This document shows, piece by piece, positions 57,136 through 64,000 of a stretch of DNA of 64,000 bases. The notes under the pieces were generated by a model. The model saw nothing but the letters and a program-made list of their open reading frames with translations. It did no database searches and was not told where the DNA came from. Location of the stretch: NCBI GenBank assembly GCA_903924465.1, contig CAIYBN010000039.1, positions 14,256 through 78,255 on the forward strand. The letters are read 5' to 3'. The translations under genes were made by a program, and so were the position numbers. The first letter of the stretch is position 1; every line of letters starts with the position of its first letter. This DNA comes from an uncultured Myxococcales bacterium (lineage in GTDB: Bacteria; Myxococcota_A; UBA9042).

Positions 57136-58773
57136 ATGCTTCGAATTCGCAACCTCCGCGCCTTTCATCTTGTCCAACGAGGTCCCTTGTCGCCTGAAAT
57201 CCACGCCCAGCCCACCTCGCGCCAGCACCTGTGGGGGCCTTTGGCGCCCTGGCTGGTGTTCGTCGTGGCCACCTGGCCGCTTCGCGCGTGGATCGTGGAC
57301 GATGCCGCCATCTCGTTCGCTTACGCCCACAACTTTGCGACGGGTCACGGCCTGACCAGCCAGCCGGGCGTGACGCCGGTGGAGGGCTACTCGAATCCGT
57401 TGTGGGTCCTCGTGGTGGCCGCGCTCGACGCGCTGCGGCTGTTCCAGCCGCTGTGGACCCCCAAGCTCCTGGCGCTGGCGCTCGCCGCGGCGACGTTTCA
57501 GCTCTACTGGCGAACGCTGGTTCAGACGCTCGGCGCGCAGCCCCGCCACACGACGGTCGCCTTGTGCCTGCTCGCTGCCGCAACGCCGTACACGGTCTGG
57601 GCGACTTCCGGCCTGGAAAATCCGCTGTTGGCGTTCCTGCTGGTGGCGCTCCTGGCGGCGCTTTCGCAGCCCGTGCCGCGCTGGGGACTGGCCGGATTCC
57701 TGTGCGCGCTGCTGGCGATGACCCGCCCGGACGCCCTGCTGCTCGCCGCCGTGCCACCGCTTTTCGCGCTGCTGGCGTTGCGGTTCACGCGCCCGATCCT
57801 GGCCGCGCTGACGCGTCACACGCTGGGCTTTGGCCTGCCGATGGCGGTGTTTCTGGCGCATCGGCGGGCGACGTTTGGCCACTGGCTGCCCAACACGCAC
57901 TTGGCCAAGGGCGGTCCCGGGCTACCGCAACTCCTGGACTTGTTGCTGCTGCGTCCACCCCAGACGGCGCGGCTGGTCGAGTTGCTGGAAAGCGTGGCCG
58001 GCAAGCTGGCTGCGTGGGTGCTGCTGGCGCTGGCCGTCGGTCTGGTGGCGGCGTGGCGCAGCCGTCGCTTCACGCTCCGCCATCTGCCCCTGCTTCTGCT
58101 GCTGGCGGCGAGCGCGGCGCAGTTCGTGCTGATGCCGGCGGATTGGATGCCGGAGTATCGTTTTGCCACCGGATTTGTCGTGCTGTTCTTCGGCACCGTC
58201 GCGCTGCTGTGGCCGGTGATGCTGGATGCGCTGCACCGGCCGGCGATCCAACGTGTGGCGGGACCGCTCGTCGTCGCTTTGGCGCTGCTTTTGGACATCA
58301 AGCGCACGCGGACTTTTGCCCAGCAGCCCACGGTGCCGCTGGCTTCCATTGCCCAGTCCGCAGCGCAGTTCAACGCAGCGGCAGCGATCCTTCAGGTGCA
58401 GCACCCTTCGCTCCTGATCCCCGATTTGGGTGGGCAATTGCTGGACTCCAAGCTGCGCGTCTACGATCTGGCCATGCTGTGCGACGAGACCATCGCCCGC
58501 ACTTTGTCCAAGGATCAAGCCAAGTTCTATGATTACGTGTTTGCCCAAACCAAGCCAACGTTCATCCACATGCACGATTATTGGACGCACCTGGCGCGCC
58601 TGGATGAAGATCCGCGGTTTCGCCGCGATTATCTGGCGCTGCGCGAATACGAAGACGCGGACGACAAAGCGCGGTTTGGCGAGAGCATCCAGTCCGGCGA
58701 TTTCGTGCGCCGCGACGCCGTGCGCGACCCGCGCGATGTGGCGCGGCTGAAACTGGCGCTCAAGCTGCCGTAG
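57136..58773 (+). CDS. Polytopic membrane protein, GT-C-fold glycosyltransferase-like
   Basis: DDAAISFAYAHN, VEGYSNPLW, SGLENPL, TRPD motifs and more than 10 TM segments; start uncertain (TTG 57187 possible). Confidence 0.75.
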   Translation: MLRIRNLRAFHLVQRGPLSPEIHAQPTSRQHLWGPLAPWLVFVVATWPLRAWIVDDAAISFAYAHNFATGHGLTSQPGVTPVEGYSNPLWVLVVAALDALRLFQPLWTPKLLALALAAATFQLYWRTLVQTLGAQPRHTTVALCLLAAATPYTVWATSGLENPLLAFLLVALLAALSQPVPRWGLAGFLCALLAMTRPDALLLAAVPPLFALLALRFTRPILAALTRHTLGFGLPMAVFLAHRRATFGHWLPNTHLAKGGPGLPQLLDLLLLRPPQTARLVELLESVAGKLAAWVLLALAVGLVAAWRSRRFTLRHLPLLLLLAASAAQFVLMPADWMPEYRFATGFVVLFFGTVALLWPVMLDALHRPAIQRVAGPLVVALALLLDIKRTRTFAQQPTVPLASIAQSAAQFNAAAAILQVQHPSLLIPDLGGQLLDSKLRVYDLAMLCDETIARTLSKDQAKFYDYVFAQTKPTFIHMHDYWTHLARLDEDPRFRRDYLALREYEDADDKARFGESIQSGDFVRRDAVRDPRDVARLKLALKLP

Positions 58774-58776
58774 GCG

Positions 58777-60342
58777 CTACGGCTTCTGACACCACAGCTC
58801 GACACCGATCCGCGTGCCGTCGAAACCCTGTAGGTGGGGTTCATGGTCCGGCGCTTCCTCACAGGTCATGATCCACTGCCGTGCCATCGCCGGGATGCCC
58901 GTCGCGGTGTAATTCTGGGTCGATCGATCCCAGACCAGGCGCAATTCCGGTGTCGGATGGGGCAAGAACCACGCAGGCATGAAGACAATCGCCGCCACCG
59001 GATGCGCCCGCGTGTACGTCTTGGCGTGCCACAGCATGTCCGGCGTGTTCAGGCCCATCATGTCCAGCGTCCAATGGTTGTCAAAGTAGCGCACACCACC
59101 GGCATCGTTGCTCGCCACGCGCAGCCCCGCCGCGAGGTGCTCGGCGAGCCACTTGCCGGCCGCCACCTGCAATTCGGTCATGTTGCGGGTGTCGTTGGCG
59201 AGCTTCCAGCTCTGACCGCGAAAAGTCAGCGCCGTGCCAGCCAGACTCAGCAGCAGCAACAGCACGAGCGGCAGGCGCCGCAAACGCGGGGAGAGCATGT
59301 CCCCCAGTCCCACGCAGCCCACCGCGAACACAACCGTCAGCGGCGGCACGATCGGCAGCAGATAGCGCACGCCGTAGAACACCCGTGGATCGTGCGGCAC
59401 GACGACGCGCAGGTTCGCCATCAGGTAGGCCAGCGCAGCCCCGAGCACCAACCAGACCCGGCGATCGCCGGTACGGCGCGCCAATCCGGTCAGGCTCAGC
59501 CAACCCAGCGCGCCCCACAGCGGCGGTGTGAGCGACAGCGTGTCAAAAAGCGCCCGGCCCACCCAGGAAAACTGGAACGGTCCGTTCAGCCCCAGCTTGC
59601 CGTAGTACGTCGCCGGTAACAGGTGCTCGGTCAGCGTCCAGTTGCGCCAGAGCTGCCATGTGCCCAACAGCAGCGCCGGCAGGCCCAACTGGAGCAGACG
59701 GCGGGCGGTCTCAGCCGCGTCGCGCGGTCGCTGCCACAGGAAGATCCCCAGCACCGCGACGCATGCCGCTGGTGCGAGCTCCGGGCGGGCCAAGGGCGCC
59801 AGACCCAGGACGATCCCCGCTGCCAGCCACGCTTGGGCGCACAACAGGTCCAGACCCGTGAGAAAAAGCAGGGCCGCGAGCGGCACTTCCATCCCCGACA
59901 GCGCGCCGACGGCCAGTTGCGGGCTGACCGCGACGATGAGCCCCGCCGTCCAGGCTGCCCACAGCCCGCCGAGACGGCCCGCGAGCCGCGCCGCCTGTGC
60001 CGCACAGGCCACGTGCAGCGCGCCACCGAGGAGCACAACCGCCACGACCAATCGATCGACGTCGCCCGACCCGAGCACTTTGTGCACCAGTCCCAGCAGC
60101 AGCGCCCACAGAATCGACGTCGCACCCGTCGTCGGCTCGCCCGGGTTGTAGGCAATCATGCCTTGTTCCGCGACGTTGCGACCATAGACCATGTGGATCC
60201 ACGCGTCGTCCAGCGGAAAACCGAGCGGTGCGCCCGCCGGCCGACCGACGAACCACAATGCGGGCAACACGACCGCCGCGAACAGCGCGGATCCCCACGC
60301 TGCGTATGGAACACCGGGAATCGCCCGCCGTGACGCGTCCAA
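58777..60342 (-). CDS. Polytopic membrane protein, GT-C-fold glycosyltransferase-like
   Basis: DDAWIHMVYGRN, TGATSILW, SGMEVPL, ARPE, RYLLP, DMMGL motifs; many TM segments. Confidence 0.75.
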   Translation of the reverse strand: MDASRRAIPGVPYAAWGSALFAAVVLPALWFVGRPAGAPLGFPLDDAWIHMVYGRNVAEQGMIAYNPGEPTTGATSILWALLLGLVHKVLGSGDVDRLVVAVVLLGGALHVACAAQAARLAGRLGGLWAAWTAGLIVAVSPQLAVGALSGMEVPLAALLFLTGLDLLCAQAWLAAGIVLGLAPLARPELAPAACVAVLGIFLWQRPRDAAETARRLLQLGLPALLLGTWQLWRNWTLTEHLLPATYYGKLGLNGPFQFSWVGRALFDTLSLTPPLWGALGWLSLTGLARRTGDRRVWLVLGAALAYLMANLRVVVPHDPRVFYGVRYLLPIVPPLTVVFAVGCVGLGDMLSPRLRRLPLVLLLLLSLAGTALTFRGQSWKLANDTRNMTELQVAAGKWLAEHLAAGLRVASNDAGGVRYFDNHWTLDMMGLNTPDMLWHAKTYTRAHPVAAIVFMPAWFLPHPTPELRLVWDRSTQNYTATGIPAMARQWIMTCEEAPDHEPHLQGFDGTRIGVELWCQKP

Positions 60343-60534
60343 GCACTGACCTCATGCTCCGCAAAATGCGGTAGCGACGGGCAATTCTGCGCTGTGGCAG
60401 GACGGAGCGTCAATTGCGCCGTCGAAGGGTCATTGACGGGCCCTGCGGGACCTTCCACACTTGCCGCACGCGGGCACGAGGACCGGAGGTCTGCCGCAGC
60501 GATGGTGCCCGACGACCTTTCAACGACAATTCGT

Positions 60535-61947
60535 ATGACGCAAATTCCGCCCGCAGAGCCTGCCCCCACGACGCTGCTCGCCCAATCCGGGCGGCCGCGG
60601 GCCGTCTTTGCCTATGCCTTGATGATCGCGGCCACGGTCGCCACCCTGACCTGGATTCGCGGACTGGGTCCGATCACGGCGCCACACACGTTGCTGAGCC
60701 CAGCGACACCTCCGCCGTCCGCGGCGAACCATCACGAACTGGCCCACGTCCTGCTGGCGTTGAGCGTGGTGTCGATCGCGGCGCGCGCAGTCGGTCTCCT
60801 CTTCCAGAATTTCCTGCGCCAACCGCGGGTGATGGGCGAAATTACCGCCGGCCTGCTGCTCGGCCCGTCGCTGCTCGGTGCCGCCAGTCCCGAGCTCTAC
60901 CATTTCCTGATGCCCGACGCGATCGCGCCGCTCCTGGGTGTGGTCGCCAAGCTCGGCGTCGTGCTCTTCATGTTCCTGGTCGGCCTCGAGTTCGACGGCC
61001 GCCTGCTCCGCGGGTCCAGCCACGCCACCGTGGCGATTTCGCACGCCAGCATCGTCTTTCCCTTCCTCCTCGGCGCGTCGCTCGCCTTGTGGATCTTTCC
61101 ACGCTACGCCGGGCCCAACGCGGATTTCACGATCTTTGCGCTGTTCCTGGGCGTCGCGATGTCCGTCACCGCATTCCCCGTTCTGGCGCGCATCCTGACC
61201 GATCAGCAGCTGAGTCATACACCACTCGGAGCCACGGCGCTCGCCTGCGCGGCCATCGACGACGTGACGGCCTGGTGCCTGCTCGCATTCGTATCCAGTG
61301 TCGCCAAGGCGCAACCGGGCGACGCCGCGCGAACCGTTGGCCTCGTCATCGGCTTTCTCGTCGTACTCTGGATTGTGGTCCGGCCGTTGGCTGAAAAGCT
61401 GGCAGCACGCCATGCGGGCCCGCTCACGCAATCGGGACTCGCATTGGTCTTCGGTGTGTTGTTGTTGTGCGCCGCGGCGACCGAAGCGATCGGCATTCAC
61501 GCGTTGTTCGGCGCCTTCGCCTTTGGCGTCGCTTTTCCCCGTCACCCAACGCTGGGCGAGCAGATCCGCGAACGGCTGGAAGACACGGTTGTCGTCCTTT
61601 TCCTGCCGGTCTTCTTTGCCCTGACGGGCATGCGCACGCGCATCGGTCTCGTCGCGACCGCGGGTGACTGGGCGGTGTGCGCGCTCATCATCGTCGTCGC
61701 CACCGCCGGCAAATTCGGCGGCAGCACCTTGGCCGGCCGCTTCATGGGCATGCGCTGGCGCGACGCGAGCGCGCTGGGGATCCTGATGAACACCCGCGGG
61801 CTGATGGAGCTGATTGTGCTGAATGTAGGCCTGGACATGGGCGTCTTGTCGCCGACGCTGTTTGCCATGATGGTTCTGATGGCGTTGGTGACAACCGTCT
61901 TGACGACGCCGGTGCTCCAACTGGTCTGGAGACCTTCGAAGACGTAG
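60535..61947 (+). CDS. Cation:proton antiporter (CPA2/Kef-type)
   Basis: QPRVMGEITAGLLLGPS, SVTAFPVLARIL, AAIDDV, FLPVFF, MNTRGLMEL. Confidence 0.93.
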   Translation: MTQIPPAEPAPTTLLAQSGRPRAVFAYALMIAATVATLTWIRGLGPITAPHTLLSPATPPPSAANHHELAHVLLALSVVSIAARAVGLLFQNFLRQPRVMGEITAGLLLGPSLLGAASPELYHFLMPDAIAPLLGVVAKLGVVLFMFLVGLEFDGRLLRGSSHATVAISHASIVFPFLLGASLALWIFPRYAGPNADFTIFALFLGVAMSVTAFPVLARILTDQQLSHTPLGATALACAAIDDVTAWCLLAFVSSVAKAQPGDAARTVGLVIGFLVVLWIVVRPLAEKLAARHAGPLTQSGLALVFGVLLLCAAATEAIGIHALFGAFAFGVAFPRHPTLGEQIRERLEDTVVVLFLPVFFALTGMRTRIGLVATAGDWAVCALIIVVATAGKFGGSTLAGRFMGMRWRDASALGILMNTRGLMELIVLNVGLDMGVLSPTLFAMMVLMALVTTVLTTPVLQLVWRPSKT

Positions 61948-62372
61948 CGCGCCGCCATCCAGTTGGCCGTTGCCGAACGACCGGTGCCTGGGCCGCGTCG
62001 CGCCTCGTTCCGATCAACTGCCCGACAACATATTTCAACACATTTCACGACGACCGCCCGATTTTCGTCTCAGTTTGAGACATTCGCCCGGCATCGATGC
62101 AGCCCAGGATCCCGCGGACCACGGCCGGGAAGCCACGGCTTGACGTGTCTGACATGCGACAGCACCATCGACTATCAACATGATGATCAAGCACTTGCAG
62201 GTAGCCGGAACAGCACACTCGCGCCGTTCCGGTCTGGGCAGCTCCAGCGCGGCCACGTGCGAATTCTGTGAGGAATGATGAACGGCGCGCCGCCCCTGTC
62301 GGAGCCTGATGCGCGCGGGATTATCATCCCGCCACGCGATTTCATCTGCTGGTTCCGCGGCCGGAGTTGACC

Positions 62373-64000
62373 ATGCACAGGACTGCTTGTTGGGGATTGC
62401 TGACTGTCGTTGCGCTGTTGAATGCGTGCAGCAGTTCGCCGACGGCCATCGTCTCGCCGGACAGCATGCAAGCGCCAGAGACCGACGTGGTCGCGGTGCT
62501 GGAGGACGCGGAGGTCAACGACACCCCGGACGACGTGCAGCAGGACACGGCGGCCGATCTGGACGTGGACGATGCCAGCCAGGCCACGGAGACGACGGCA
62601 GGGGACGCGACGTCACCCGCCGATGACGTGACCGCACCCGGCGATGCCTCGGAAACCGCTGCCGATGTCGTTGAAACGGACAGCTCGACGCCCGCCGACG
62701 CGATCGCGAAGTGCTTCTGCGGCGACAAGATTTGCCTCGCCGCGTGCGGTGAAACCGTCGAAACGTGTGTCCTCGACTGCGCGCCTTGCGGCGACGGCAT
62801 CTGTTCACCCGGCGAAGGCCCGATCAATTGCTCCATCGACTGCTGCAGCGGCGGCTGCGGCGACGGCATTTGCCGCGGCTACCAGTGCGGTGAATCGCCC
62901 GCCACGTGCCCTTGGGATTGCGGCAAGGCGTGCGGCAACAAGGTCTGCGAAAAAGGCGAATCGCCGGCCACATGTCCCACCGATTGCGTGTTTCAGGTGT
63001 GCGGCAACAACGTCTGCGAGCCCGGAGACGGCGGACCGCAGGCTTGCCCCATCGATTGCGGCAACTCGTGCGGCAATTGCGTATGCGACAAGGGCGAGAC
63101 GTTCGTCGACTGTCCGGTCGACTGCGGATTCTGTGGCGACCAAATCTGCAGCAATTGCAAGGCACTTGGCGAAAACAGCACAACTTGCCCGTTTGACTGC
63201 AAGAGCGACGGCTGCAAGGACGGCTGCGACGACGGCGTGGCGTGCACGATCGACATCTGCAACTCGCAAAGCCAGTGCATGCACGTGCCGGACGCAACCA
63301 AGTGCGACGACGGCAGCGTCTGCACCCTCGACTTGTGCGCAGGCGGCGGCTGCCAGCACAACCCCGGCTTGGTGCCGTTTTGCGAAGACGACAAGAACCT
63401 GTGCACCGACGACGTCTGCCAAACCGGCGCATGCGTTCACCTGCCCAACGCTGTGACCTGCGACGACGGCGAACCGTGCACCGTCGGCGATGCCTGCAAG
63501 AGCGGCAAGTGCCATTCCGGCGCGGCGAACACCTGCAACGACAGCAATCCGTGCACGAACGACGCCTGCGACGGCGGGACCTGTTTCAACGTGCCCAACA
63601 CCGCGTTCTGCGACGACGGCAACGCATGCACGGTGGCCGACGTCTGCAGCGGCGGCGCTTGCTCGGGCAGCAACGAAAGCTGCGACGATGGCACGGCGTG
63701 CACGTTGGACATTTGCACCGGCGCGAGTTGCCTGCACCCACCGAGCACCGTCGTGACGTGCGAGGACGACCAGAACACCTGCACCAACGACGTGTGCCAG
63801 ACCGGCGCGTGCGTTCATCTTGCCAACGCCGCGACGTGCGACGACGGCGACGGCTGCACCGTCGACGACGCGTGCCAAAAGGGCATCTGCTACGGCGGCG
63901 GACCCAAGTCGTGCGACGACCAGAACGCGTGCACCAACGACGCCTGCGCGGGTGGCGGCTGCCTGCATTTGCCCAACACCGTGCCGTGCAACGATGGCAA
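62373..64000 (+). CDS. Cys-rich repeat lipoprotein, 3'-truncated by window edge
   Basis: Absent from the ORF track because it has no stop. GGAG RBS, MHRTACWGLLTVVALLNACS, Asp/Thr linker, tandem CG[DN]xxC..GE...CPxDC repeats, then CDDGxxCTxDxC repeats to the end. Confidence 0.88.
   Translation, partial: MHRTACWGLLTVVALLNACSSSPTAIVSPDSMQAPETDVVAVLEDAEVNDTPDDVQQDTAADLDVDDASQATETTAGDATSPADDVTAPGDASETAADVVETDSSTPADAIAKCFCGDKICLAACGETVETCVLDCAPCGDGICSPGEGPINCSIDCCSGGCGDGICRGYQCGESPATCPWDCGKACGNKVCEKGESPATCPTDCVFQVCGNNVCEPGDGGPQACPIDCGNSCGNCVCDKGETFVDCPVDCGFCGDQICSNCKALGENSTTCPFDCKSDGCKDGCDDGVACTIDICNSQSQCMHVPDATKCDDGSVCTLDLCAGGGCQHNPGLVPFCEDDKNLCTDDVCQTGACVHLPNAVTCDDGEPCTVGDACKSGKCHSGAANTCNDSNPCTNDACDGGTCFNVPNTAFCDDGNACTVADVCSGGACSGSNESCDDGTACTLDICTGASCLHPPSTVVTCEDDQNTCTNDVCQTGACVHLANAATCDDGDGCTVDDACQKGICYGGGPKSCDDQNACTNDACAGGGCLHLPNTVPCNDG

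Overview
GC-rich bacterial chromosomal segment, most likely Myxococcota/Deltaproteobacteria (inferred from a Myxococcus-type LexA box and many Cys-rich lipoproteins). Core content: the 3' end of a TauD-family dioxygenase, a LexA-boxed imuA-imuB-dnaE2 mutagenesis cassette, an FNR-boxed P-type ATPase, a NarL-type two-component pair, a GlpD-like/alkyl-DHAP-synthase-like/FGGY-kinase operon, sbcDC plus an AAA_28-like ATPase, a phospholipase C-family lipoprotein, a Tat-exported GMC dehydrogenase with a hexaheme cytochrome, recCBD, two convergent GT-C-like membrane proteins and a CPA2 antiporter. Interspersed is a large repertoire of predicted lipoproteins, most built as signal peptide II + Asp/Ala/Thr-rich linker + disulfide-rich repeats + a variable terminal domain. 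These include a dense cluster at 9-24 kb with a sigma-54 promoter and decayed copies, and a 1.7 kaa repeat protein. The most unexplained non-coding signal is an array of eight 22-bp units (GAYA-N9-TRTC) at 8839-9014. No rRNA, tRNA, CRISPR array, integrase or reverse transcriptase was seen. All calls come from reading motifs by eye; no searches were run.
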